Source: Burkholderiales bacterium
GTDB lineage: Bacteria; Pseudomonadota; Gammaproteobacteria; Burkholderiales; Eutrophovitaceae
Length of the DNA: 64,000 bases
Assembly: GCA_028379895.1 (NCBI GenBank)
Contig: JAOEKQ010000001.1
Location: 138,329 to 202,328, forward strand
Reading direction: 5' to 3'
Positions within the stretch are counted from its first letter, which is position 1; each line of letters opens with the position of its first letter. A program made the translations under genes and the position numbers. The notes under the pieces were generated by a model. It was given only the letters and a program-made list of their open reading frames with translations. It did no database searches and was not told the DNA's origin. Below are positions 10,106-19,426 of the stretch, piece by piece.

Positions 10106-11329
10106 ATGAAGCGATATGGGGAATTTTTAACGGCAGAAGAAGATTTAATGTTCGTAGAAACGGTACGTAAGTATGTTGACAATGAAGTTATGCCTGTCCG
10201 TGCCGCGTTAGATGTCGACTACACTGTATTTGAAAAAATTAATCAAGGTTTGGTGGATCTAGGTATTCAGCGTCGAGGCTTTGCAGAAAGATATGGCGGC
10301 CTGGGGATCCGAGCTGCGACCACGGTATGTGCTATCACCGAAGAAATCTCCAGGGGAGATGCCGGTTTGTCGCTACATTGTTTGCTTACCCCATGGTCGC
10401 TTGCCGCTGCGATGGGTGCGCGTAACGAGTATTTAATGGATAAATATATTCCAATGTTCGCATCTGACACACCGCGAGTAGGTTGTATGGCCATAACGGA
10501 ACCAGCGGGTGGTTGTAACGTAGAGGATAGCGCTGAGAGAGCGAGAACTATTCGTACTCGAGCGCGTCGGGATGGCAATGAATGGGTCATTAAAGGTGAA
10601 AAAATGTGGCCGAGCGCTGCTGGTGTGGCTGACCTGTATTGCGTTGTATGTACAACGGAAGAAGATAATAACGAAGATAGTTTAGCGCTGATCTACGTAC
10701 CTAAAGATACTCCTGGATTGAGTTTTGGAAAACCTGAGCCAAAGATGGGTATGCGTGTAACCGACGTTAATGCAGCTATATATTTTGACGACGTGCGGGT
10801 ACCCATTGAAAATCGAGCTGGCGGCCCCGGAGTTGACTGGCAACTATTTAGGGGAAATATAGCCTGGGGGCGGCTAACGAGTGCGCCAATGAGCCTCGGT
10901 TGTGCTCAAGCCGTTCTGGAAGAGGTCATCGAATACACGGGAACACGTAACTACGGGGGAAAGCCGGTGCGAAACCACTCGCTTCAGGGTGCCATGATCG
11001 CTGATATGGCTATTGGTATTGAAAGTGCGAGAGCTTATTACATGAGTGTGGCTAAGATGTTTGACAACCGAAAGGTTTATGGTGGAGTGAATGAGGATTA
11101 TCTGCTGGGTAAAGCGAGTGCGGCAAAAGTTTACGCGTGTGACGTAACTGAAATGGTCTGCGCTAAGGCTATGGAGCTTATGGGTTCCTATGGTTATAGC
11201 ACTCAGGCGCCAATCGAGAAGTATCTTAGGGATAGTAAGATTATTCAATTATGGTTGGGCGGAGCACAGCTTGGCCGATTAGATGCAGCACAGAGTTTAT
11301 ATCCATACAACCCAGTATTTAAATCCTAG
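10106..11329 (+). CDS. Acyl-CoA dehydrogenase-fold flavoprotein (atypical active site)
   Basis: 407 aa with ACAD layout (CMAITEPAGGCNV, C-terminal YPxEKxxRD-like APIEKYLRDSKIIQ). The position of the MCAD catalytic Glu reads LWLGG (Leu). Confidence 0.8.
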   Translation: MKRYGEFLTAEEDLMFVETVRKYVDNEVMPVRAALDVDYTVFEKINQGLVDLGIQRRGFAERYGGLGIRAATTVCAITEEISRGDAGLSLHCLLTPWSLAAAMGARNEYLMDKYIPMFASDTPRVGCMAITEPAGGCNVEDSAERARTIRTRARRDGNEWVIKGEKMWPSAAGVADLYCVVCTTEEDNNEDSLALIYVPKDTPGLSFGKPEPKMGMRVTDVNAAIYFDDVRVPIENRAGGPGVDWQLFRGNIAWGRLTSAPMSLGCAQAVLEEVIEYTGTRNYGGKPVRNHSLQGAMIADMAIGIESARAYYMSVAKMFDNRKVYGGVNEDYLLGKASAAKVYACDVTEMVCAKAMELMGSYGYSTQAPIEKYLRDSKIIQLWLGGAQLGRLDAAQSLYPYNPVFKS

Positions 11330-11403
11330 TGCCTCGTATTTGTATCTGACTTCCGATCAACAGGGTCTGTAGCTTGATGTCAATTAAGTGATGCAGTTTG
11401 AGC

Positions 11404-12777
11404 ATGACCAAGTCTGCACAAAATAGTGTTTCCGGAGTCGTCACCGGCTCACCGTTAGTGGGTGCGCCGCTGCTGCCGACAATGTTGCGGCTAGCTGTTC
11501 CAGGAGTTATCGGATCGATGATTCAAATGCTTTTGATCTTCGTAGAAATATTTCTACTAAATCGAGCGGGAACAACAGCGCTCGCAGCCGTAGCAACTGT
11601 TTTCCCTTTAGTTATGCTGGCCAATATGCTCTCTGCTGGTGCGATTGGCGGGGCAACTAGCGGTGCAGTTGCGCGCGCCTTAGGGTCCAATGATTTACTT
11701 AAGGCGCATGCGATTTTGCGTAGCGCAGTTTTTATTGCAATGCTTGGCGGCACGTTAATGGGTGTGATCGTTACAGTTTTTGGCCCCGTCTTTTTTTACT
11801 GGGTAGGTGCTCGTGGCGACGTTCTCTTAGCAGCTAATGCATATGCGAGAGTTATTTTTTTCGGAATACCACTAATTTGGTTATTCAATATGATGTGCTC
11901 AGTGTTACGAGGAGCTGGTGCTATGACGCGATCAGCGCTAGCAATGAGCTCGGTTGTACTCGTATATTCATCTTTGGGGTTTTGGTTGATTCCGGAGATG
12001 AATACAGTTAAAAGTACCAATGAGATAATGACGATTGCAGCTTACATTTTACTCGTGAGTTACGCGATTGGTACTGTAGCGGTGCTAATCCTGATTTTGT
12101 TGCCCGGCCAACCGATCCGATTTAATGGTTTTAAGGTTGACTGGTCTATCGCTGCGTCTTTGTTGCGCTCTGGTTTGCTCGCCGGCACTCAATCTACTGC
12201 GACGATCGCGTATTCGCTTATCGCCACGGGATTGCTTGGACGATTCAGTATCGACTGGCTCGCTGGTTATGGTTTGGCTGTCCGCTTAGAGTTAGTGATG
12301 GTACCTGTTATTTTTGGTATCGGCAGTGCATTGATCGCGGTAGTGGGTGCTTATGCAGGTGCTGGACAAAGAGCACGAGCAATTGAAGTTGCATGGCGGG
12401 GAACAATTGCCAACATCGTTATTGTTGGGACGATTGGGCTTATTTTGGGGTTTAATCCGAATTGGTGGTGTGCCGGACTTGGTGGAGACCAAGTCGCTTC
12501 TCACTGTGGTACCACACTGGGAATACTGGGCCCCTTTTATGGATTTTTTGCGGCGGGTCTTGGCCTTTACTTTGCTAGTCAAGGACTCAACACTTTGCTT
12601 TGGCCTGTGTTAGGGTCTTTAATACGAATGTTAATCGTTGCAAGCGGGTTAGTGTGGTTGAATTTTGACTGGTTTGGGCGGCCCGAGGCTATATTGTGGC
12701 TAGTAGCTAGCGCAATGGGTTTTTATGGTGTGTTTGTTGTTCTGGGTCTACGATTTTGGGCGTGGCGGACGCGATAA
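11404..12777 (+). CDS. MATE family efflux transporter
   Basis: About 457 aa with a 12-TM hydrophobic profile and MATE-like N-terminus (PLLPTMLRLAVPGVIGSMIQ). Confidence 0.75.
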   Translation: MTKSAQNSVSGVVTGSPLVGAPLLPTMLRLAVPGVIGSMIQMLLIFVEIFLLNRAGTTALAAVATVFPLVMLANMLSAGAIGGATSGAVARALGSNDLLKAHAILRSAVFIAMLGGTLMGVIVTVFGPVFFYWVGARGDVLLAANAYARVIFFGIPLIWLFNMMCSVLRGAGAMTRSALAMSSVVLVYSSLGFWLIPEMNTVKSTNEIMTIAAYILLVSYAIGTVAVLILILLPGQPIRFNGFKVDWSIAASLLRSGLLAGTQSTATIAYSLIATGLLGRFSIDWLAGYGLAVRLELVMVPVIFGIGSALIAVVGAYAGAGQRARAIEVAWRGTIANIVIVGTIGLILGFNPNWWCAGLGGDQVASHCGTTLGILGPFYGFFAAGLGLYFASQGLNTLLWPVLGSLIRMLIVASGLVWLNFDWFGRPEAILWLVASAMGFYGVFVVLGLRFWAWRTR

Positions 12778-12855
12778 GATTTTAAGGCGCATGCTTTTTG
12801 AGTTATTGTATTCAATCTCCAAAGGAAAACAATATTCACCTTTTTAAGGATTATT

Positions 12856-14001
12856 ATGACCACTCTGACACCCTCCACGGCGCTACAATTGCAATCGTTA
12901 ATCAGTAACGAAGGTAAGCTAGAAATATCATTAGCGGAGGTGAACGTGCCAACACCAGCAGCGGATGAGGTGCTCGTTCGAGTTGAAGCCGCACCAATTA
13001 ATCCGTCTGATTTAGGTTTACTTTTTGGCGCTGCGGACATGGGCGCAGCTGCCATGTCCGGCGGCACTGAGCGGCCCATAATTACTGCACCTGTTCCTGA
13101 AAAAGCGATGAAGGCTATGGCTGGGCGGTTAGGCCAGCCGATGCCGGTGGGTAACGAAGGAGCTGGGGTAGTAGTTAGGGCTGGTAGCTCGACTGACGCT
13201 CAAAATTTACTCGGTAAAAATGTCGCTATGCTCGGCGGTGGAATGTACGCTCAGTATCGTTGTATCAGTATGGAGCGATGTTTACAGCTCCCTGATGATG
13301 TAACGGCTGAAGAAGGTGCAAGTTGCTTTGTCAATCCAATTACGGCTCTTGGCATGGTTGAAACGATGCGTGGCGAAGGACACAAGGCGATAGTGCATGC
13401 TGCTGCCGCTTCAAATTTGGGATTGATGTTGAACCGTATCTGTCTTAAAGACAGTATTTCTTTAGTTAATATCGTACGAAAACAAGACCAAGTCGATTTA
13501 CTAAAATCTCAGGGCGCAAAATATGTTTGTAATACCGAATCTCCTGATTTTTTATTTGAATTGACTGACGCGATTGCTGCTACTGGTGCGACCGTAGCTT
13601 TTGATCCTATTGGTGGTGGGAAGTTGGCGGGTCAGATATTAACGTGCATGGAGGCGGCGTTAAATCGTGACCCAAGGGAATATAGTCGATACGGTTCAAC
13701 GACACACAAGCAGGTGTACATATATGGCATGCTTGATACGTCTAAAACTGAAATTACACGTAATTTTGGTTTTTCGTGGGGCATGGGTGGTTGGTTACTA
13801 TTTAATTTCTTAGCAAAGATTGGCCCAGATGCTGAGGATAAGCTACGTCAACGTGTTGCCAACGAATTAAAAACGACTTTCGTAAGCAACTACTCACACG
13901 AGGTGTCTCTCGCTGAAGCATTAAAATTAGACACAATTAAGGCCTACACTAAAAAATCAACTGGGGCGAAATATTTAATGAACCCCAATAAAGGGATTTA
14001 A
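12856..14001 (+). CDS. MDR-superfamily NAD(P)H-dependent oxidoreductase (quinone/enoyl-reductase-like, no Zn ligands seen)
   Basis: DEVLVRVEAAPINPSDL, PVGNEGAGVV and nucleotide-binding HAAAASNLG. Confidence 0.7.
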   Translation: MTTLTPSTALQLQSLISNEGKLEISLAEVNVPTPAADEVLVRVEAAPINPSDLGLLFGAADMGAAAMSGGTERPIITAPVPEKAMKAMAGRLGQPMPVGNEGAGVVVRAGSSTDAQNLLGKNVAMLGGGMYAQYRCISMERCLQLPDDVTAEEGASCFVNPITALGMVETMRGEGHKAIVHAAAASNLGLMLNRICLKDSISLVNIVRKQDQVDLLKSQGAKYVCNTESPDFLFELTDAIAATGATVAFDPIGGGKLAGQILTCMEAALNRDPREYSRYGSTTHKQVYIYGMLDTSKTEITRNFGFSWGMGGWLLFNFLAKIGPDAEDKLRQRVANELKTTFVSNYSHEVSLAEALKLDTIKAYTKKSTGAKYLMNPNKGI

Positions 14002-14056
14002 CCTTGGGCAAAACGTTGTACTTTGCTGGTTAATTAAATTTAGGGGAATTACCTGA

Positions 14057-14851
14057 ATGGATCTGCGTATTTTTTCTTATCTGCCTAATCCAAGAATTTG
14101 GAAAGCCACCATTGCGGCTCGGCTATGTGGAATTGACATTGACGTTATTGGCGCGCCTCCCAAAGATTTGCCGCGCTGGTTGTGGGACTTTGAGGCGCAC
14201 TTGATGACTGAACAGGAGCGTAAAGACCTCGCCTCGTCCGCACGAAAATCTCGGTTAGGTTTTGGCGGTAATGTCCTTTACAAATCTGACGGGTTTCTTG
14301 ACGCGAATCCATTTGGAACTGTCCCTACAGCGTTTAACCCTGACGGGTCTATAGGAATATTTGAGTCAAATAGCATTATGCGAACTGTTGCCAGGTTGGG
14401 TTCGGATACGTACTCGTTATATGGACATGATGCTTATTCTGCATCTCGTATCGATGGTTTTCTTGATGCAAGTTTAATTTTTGCTCGTGACTCGCAGTTG
14501 TATTTGTTATCTCTTTCTGCTGGTGATGTTCAAGGTGAGATACATAAAGCTGCAAAGCAGGCTCTGCATACTTATTTGAGTGGGCTTGATCGTGCACTGT
14601 CTCCTGATTGTCCCTTTCTGGCGGGTGACGTTTTGAGTCTTGCTGATATATGCGCAGTAGCTGAGCTTGCACTATTCATGCGCGAGCTCAATTATAAGCA
14701 GGTGCTTAGTGAGGCTAGTCTTGACCTCATTAATGGTCCTGAAATCAATGAACGGTTTCCGCTTATTACTGAGCATTTTCATAACTTATGTAACCATGAG
14801 GCTTTTGCGCCGGACGTTCTGCCGTATTTAGAAAACCTATCGCCAAGGTAG
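14057..14851 (+). CDS. Glutathione S-transferase-like protein
   Basis: Thioredoxin-like N-domain elements (NPRIWKATIAA, NPFGTVP, ESNSIMRTV) and a helical C-domain (FLAGDVLSLADI). Confidence 0.6.
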   Translation: MDLRIFSYLPNPRIWKATIAARLCGIDIDVIGAPPKDLPRWLWDFEAHLMTEQERKDLASSARKSRLGFGGNVLYKSDGFLDANPFGTVPTAFNPDGSIGIFESNSIMRTVARLGSDTYSLYGHDAYSASRIDGFLDASLIFARDSQLYLLSLSAGDVQGEIHKAAKQALHTYLSGLDRALSPDCPFLAGDVLSLADICAVAELALFMRELNYKQVLSEASLDLINGPEINERFPLITEHFHNLCNHEAFAPDVLPYLENLSPR

Positions 14852-15032
14852 CCAAAAAATCTTTATCGTTCAGAAGGGCGGTTTCTCATTTTTAGCAAAG
14901 ATGCGTCTGCATTCAGATAGGAACTTTTAGGAATTGGATTCCTCACAGTTCACTGTCGGTCGGCAAGGTAATGCACGAATTGGAGTACAAGTGGTATACG
15001 AAACAATAAGAAAATTAAACCTTGTGAATGTC

Positions 15033-16433
15033 ATGTTCATTTTTGTTTGCTTATTCACTTGGTCAGCCACTTACGCCGATTACCAGTATCGGGTATCGAC
15101 TGACGCGGAGTTAAAAAAACTACTGGTGAACCTATGTTTTGAGGGCGATGCACCCGCAGAGCTTGTGGCGGAATCTTTAGATGCTTCTGTTGCTTTGTTG
15201 GGCGTGTGGCGGGAGTCTGGCGAACCGATCAAAATATCGGGTGTTATACCTACTGATCAACTCCCTAACGGCGCCTGCATCAATTATCAAGTTGATATTT
15301 CCAGAGGTATTCAGCGACATGACATGACTGGTCCTAAGGTTTACAGGTCAACAGGATCTTCTGGAGTGTCGAATGGACTTTGGTTTTGGCGTCCAGAGGT
15401 ATTCGAAAAAAACCGTCAAGTTTTTGTCGAATTCGATCTACCTGCGGATTATGTTGTCACAACTGCCTGGAATGAAACCGATAAGGAACATGTTTTTGAG
15501 GTACCTAAAACGCCCTACGATTGGCCATCTTGGACCGTATTAGGACAATTTTTTAAAAAACAAGTCACCGTTGGTAGCGCGCAGCTTAATATTGCGATCT
15601 TAAATGGTTCGCCAAACCCCGACGCAGATTCTTTGGTTAAATGGATTGAATTAGAGGCATCATTTGTAGACAAGGCTGTTGGCCCGATACCATACTCAAA
15701 TGTTCAGGTTTTTATTTTCCCTAACGCGCGTGCAAGACAACCTGTTCCCGTTGCTTACGTTACGCGTGGGGGCGTTCCCACGCTTCACATGATGATTAAC
15801 CAGCGAAGATCTATGGAAGAATTTTATGACGATTGGACTGCAACTCACGAGTTATCTCATTTGTTCCTTCCTTTCATTGAGCCAGAAGACGCTTGGTTTT
15901 ATGAGGGTTTTGCAAGTTATTACCAATACGTCGTACGCGCTCGAATAGGGGCGATTGATGAAGCTGAAGCGTGGTCAAAACTGATATATGGGTTTCACAG
16001 AGGTCGTCGTGAAGCCGAGGCTAGGGAGTTAACCCTTTTAGAGGCGACAGAAAAAATGTACGCGGGCGAGCCGTTTATGCAAGTTTATTGGGGAGGGGCC
16101 GCTCTGATGTTGACTGCCGATGTTCAGATGAGAGTTAAAAAGGACAAGATTGGGGATTGGTCGCTTGACCGCGTTGTTCGCGAGTTCAATGCTTGTTGCA
16201 TGGATAGAACTAGGGCTTGGACCGCCAAAGAAGTCCTGTCAAAATTTGATGAAATATATGGGAGTCCGATGTTCGTACCTTTAATGCGGAGATATGCAAC
16301 CTCGAACGATTTTCCTGATTTAGCTGATACGTTCGGCTCCTTGGGCTTGGAAGTTCGCGGAAGCGATGTGACGTTCATAGACGGTTCCACACAAAGACTT
16401 CTGCGTGATCAGATCATGTCTACTGGTGAATGA
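15033..16433 (+). CDS. Secreted MA-clan gluzincin-like metallopeptidase (M1/M61/Peptidase_MA_2-like), paralog 1
   Basis: Signal peptide MFIFVCLFTWSATYA/DY, HELSH at 15846..15860 and Glu at 15903 in WFYEGFASYY (HExxH-x14-E). Start moved from 14934 to the ATG preceding the signal peptide. Confidence 0.65.
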   Translation: MFIFVCLFTWSATYADYQYRVSTDAELKKLLVNLCFEGDAPAELVAESLDASVALLGVWRESGEPIKISGVIPTDQLPNGACINYQVDISRGIQRHDMTGPKVYRSTGSSGVSNGLWFWRPEVFEKNRQVFVEFDLPADYVVTTAWNETDKEHVFEVPKTPYDWPSWTVLGQFFKKQVTVGSAQLNIAILNGSPNPDADSLVKWIELEASFVDKAVGPIPYSNVQVFIFPNARARQPVPVAYVTRGGVPTLHMMINQRRSMEEFYDDWTATHELSHLFLPFIEPEDAWFYEGFASYYQYVVRARIGAIDEAEAWSKLIYGFHRGRREAEARELTLLEATEKMYAGEPFMQVYWGGAALMLTADVQMRVKKDKIGDWSLDRVVREFNACCMDRTRAWTAKEVLSKFDEIYGSPMFVPLMRRYATSNDFPDLADTFGSLGLEVRGSDVTFIDGSTQRLLRDQIMSTGE

Positions 16434-16565
16434 TTGTCGATCTTTAGGCTGATTCAGAAAATGCCACTCGTATGCCTAGTCCGGCGTTTCATTAAGATTA
16501 ATCAAGAGCGTCGCTATGTCAATTTAATGTCAGTTTTCTTACATAGGCACTGAATCCATCCAGTC

Positions 16566-17981
16566 ATGAAAATAATATGTTTTTTCGTGTTATCTTTGCC
16601 GCTGTTAGCATTCGCTGAATTAAAAAATCCTCCTGTTCACTACACGGTATCTGTTGGAGATGACTTACAAAGTTTAGACGTCTCAGTTTGCTTTGATTAC
16701 GCGCTTCCATCGAGTTTATTTGCAAATGATGGCTCAGGTACCTTTGTGAGTAATATAAGACTTAAAACCGGGACGGTGCTTGATTTCAAGATTGATCGAG
16801 TGAAAATTCCCACAACAGAAACAGACCGTTGTATTTTTTATGATGTTCTATTCCAACCAAGGTATCGTGGTGAGCAACGCGGCGGTGCTGAAACACGACT
16901 AATTGACGGGAGAGACATACTTACGTCGATTGGGGATTGGTTGTTGAGACCCAACCCAGATCCTGATTACGCACAATTCGATATAAAGTTCATTATGCCT
17001 ATCGGCATTTATGTATCCGCACCTTGGGTTCGAGTTGATGAAACTAGTTTTATCGGCGTCAATACTGCTGTCGATTGGGAAGCTATTGTTGCTTTCTCAA
17101 GGGAGCCTCCTGGCATTGTTAATATTAAAGGCAGTAATTTGGAAGTCAGTATTTTGGGTGATTTTGACCGTGCTACCGCGGCCGACATGAGCCATTGGAT
17201 CAGACAATCTGCGGAGGGTGTTTCAGCGTTGATGGGATTCTTTCCGAGGTCTCGGGTGCAGGTAATCATTAGCCCTAGTGACCGGACTAACACCACTGTA
17301 CCTTGGGCTTATATCACCAGAGGGGGAGGGGCTGGAATTCATCTTTTTGTTAAGCGTGATGCCAGCCTAGAACAACTTCTTCGGGATTACAGTCTTCCTC
17401 ATGAGATGTCGCATTTTATGTTTCCGCATATTAATTCCGGTGATTATTGGATTATTGAGGGATTACCTACGTATTTACAGCACCTTTCCATGGTTAGGAG
17501 TGGCGTTATCACTCCACAAGAATCCTGGTCAAGACTCTATCGCGGTTTTTTTTCGGGAAAGCAATCAGGTAGGGGCTATACGGTAGCCGAATCAATGCGG
17601 CGCCTAGCGAGGAGAGGGACTTACCTGCATGTTTATTGGGGCGGAGCGGCGTATTTTTTTCAAAGAGACGTAGATATAAGAGTTCAGTCTCAGGGCGCGG
17701 TGACTCTATTGGATATTTTGTCGAAATATCATGACTGTTGTTATGAAAAACATCGAAGTATCTCTGGTGAAAAATTGTTGTCTGATCTTGACGTATTATT
17801 AGAAGATGATTTATTCATTCGCGGTAAATCGGTTGAAATTGAAAGTGATAAATTTCCGGATTTTAAGTCGACATTCGAATCTCTTGGCATGCAATTTTTG
17901 GGAGGTAAGCCGATTTTTGAAGACGGCATTGCAAATGAGATAGCCGTTCAAATTATGAATCCTGTAGGATTTGGTCGTTGA
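16566..17981 (+). CDS. Secreted MA-clan gluzincin-like metallopeptidase, paralog 2
   Basis: Signal peptide MKIICFFVLSLPLLAFA/E, HEMSH at 17400..17414 and Glu at 17457 in WIIEGLPTYL, with the same spacing as paralog 1. Collinear with 15033..16433. Confidence 0.65.
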   Translation: MKIICFFVLSLPLLAFAELKNPPVHYTVSVGDDLQSLDVSVCFDYALPSSLFANDGSGTFVSNIRLKTGTVLDFKIDRVKIPTTETDRCIFYDVLFQPRYRGEQRGGAETRLIDGRDILTSIGDWLLRPNPDPDYAQFDIKFIMPIGIYVSAPWVRVDETSFIGVNTAVDWEAIVAFSREPPGIVNIKGSNLEVSILGDFDRATAADMSHWIRQSAEGVSALMGFFPRSRVQVIISPSDRTNTTVPWAYITRGGGAGIHLFVKRDASLEQLLRDYSLPHEMSHFMFPHINSGDYWIIEGLPTYLQHLSMVRSGVITPQESWSRLYRGFFSGKQSGRGYTVAESMRRLARRGTYLHVYWGGAAYFFQRDVDIRVQSQGAVTLLDILSKYHDCCYEKHRSISGEKLLSDLDVLLEDDLFIRGKSVEIESDKFPDFKSTFESLGMQFLGGKPIFEDGIANEIAVQIMNPVGFGR

Positions 17982-18006
17982 ATTTAGGTGATAGTGAATC
18001 GAGAAT

Positions 18007-19419
18007 ATGACTAGTTTGGACGTTTGTTTTTTGCCTGCGCACAAAATGCTTGAAATGGTCTCTCAAGGAGAAATTTCAGCTGTCGAGTTATTGGAGTGCC
18101 ATCTAGAACAAATCGAAAAATTTAACGGAAAGATTAACGCGATTGTTACCTTGGATGAAGATCGAGCCAAAAGTACTGCTCGACTGATTGACCAACGTAT
18201 TAGTAAAAGAGACCCGCTGAGAATACTGGAGGCTTTGCCGATTGCCCACAAGGATTTAACGCTCACTAAGGGAATGAAAACAACGTTTGGGTCTCCTATT
18301 TTCGAGAACTTTGTTCCAGATCAAAATGCTTTGATTGTAGATCGTTTACAACAATCAGGGGCGGTTACTATTGGTAAAACGAATACTCCCGAGTTTGGGG
18401 CGGGGAGCCAAACCTTTAATAATGTTTTTGGTGCTACTCGAAATCCATATGACTTGGAAAAAACCTGTGGAGGTTCAAGTGGCGGTGCGGCGGCAGCGCT
18501 TGCTGCTGGTCTTATACCAATTGCTGATGGTTCAGACTTGGGAGGATCGCTTAGGAACCCAGCTAGTTTTTGTAATGTCGTTGGATTTCGACCATCAACG
18601 GGTCGGGTTCCGGTATGGCCAAATCCCTCAGCTTGGTTTCCATTATCTGTATTGGGACCAATGGCTAGAACGGTGACTGACGTTTCTTTGATGTTGTCTG
18701 CTATTGCAGGTCCAGATAGACGCTGTCCGTTGTCAATTATGGAGAATCCAAGTATTTTTCAGGAGAGGTTAGCGAGAGACTTTAACGGAGTACGGGTAGC
18801 GTGGAGTCGGACGCTTGGCGGTTTACCTGTTGATGATGAGGTTTTAAAAGTTATTGAAGGCGCAGTGCGTGGTCTTGAAGGTCTCGGATGTATTGTGGAG
18901 GAAGTTGATCCTGACCTCAAAGAGGCAGACGAGGTCTTTCACGTTCTCAGGGCGTGGCATATGGAGTCGTCACTTGGTGATTTATTGAAAAAGCACCCAA
19001 ATCAATTTAAGGACACCTTGGTATGGAATATTGAGCAGGGGAAGGCACTCAAGGGATTAGATGTCGCTCGAGCGGAGCGGTTGAGAACAGCACTCTTTGA
19101 TCGGTTGAATCGATTCATGGATACATATGAGTTTATAATTTGCCCGGTGACCCAGGTCTTACCATTTGACATCGACCTCCCGTACGTCAGAGAAATTAAT
19201 GGAAATACGTTGACTAACTACCTCGAGTGGATGAAATCGTGTTTTCGAATTAGCGTCACGGGGCACCCTGCGCTTTCAGTCCCCGCTGGATTCTCTTCTT
19301 CGGGGTTGCCCGTCGGATTGCAGATCATTGGTCGTTTTAGAGATGATTTTGGCGTGTTGCAATTTGGACATGCTTTTGAACAGTTAAATGAGGTTTGGAA
19401 AACTCGTCCCCAATTTTAA
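18007..19419 (+). CDS. Amidase-signature family amidase
   Basis: Motifs PIAHKDL, CGGSSGGAAAALAAG and GSDLGGSLRNPASFCNVVGFRPS (Ser-cisSer-Lys family). No signal peptide. Confidence 0.85.
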   Translation: MTSLDVCFLPAHKMLEMVSQGEISAVELLECHLEQIEKFNGKINAIVTLDEDRAKSTARLIDQRISKRDPLRILEALPIAHKDLTLTKGMKTTFGSPIFENFVPDQNALIVDRLQQSGAVTIGKTNTPEFGAGSQTFNNVFGATRNPYDLEKTCGGSSGGAAAALAAGLIPIADGSDLGGSLRNPASFCNVVGFRPSTGRVPVWPNPSAWFPLSVLGPMARTVTDVSLMLSAIAGPDRRCPLSIMENPSIFQERLARDFNGVRVAWSRTLGGLPVDDEVLKVIEGAVRGLEGLGCIVEEVDPDLKEADEVFHVLRAWHMESSLGDLLKKHPNQFKDTLVWNIEQGKALKGLDVARAERLRTALFDRLNRFMDTYEFIICPVTQVLPFDIDLPYVREINGNTLTNYLEWMKSCFRISVTGHPALSVPAGFSSSGLPVGLQIIGRFRDDFGVLQFGHAFEQLNEVWKTRPQF

Positions 19420-19426
19420 GGAGTAA

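Noticed and set aside
12723-13079. 118-aa minus-strand ORF spanning the MATE/MDR intergenic region.
   Set aside because: It overlaps the ends of two well-supported plus-strand genes. Its Ala/Ser-rich sequence mirrors the opposite-strand codons.
14934-15032. 33-codon N-terminal extension of the first peptidase-like ORF in the track (MDSSQFTVGRQ...).
   Set aside because: The extension starts at a non-ATG codon and precedes a canonical signal peptide that begins at ATG 15033, so the shorter form is more plausible.
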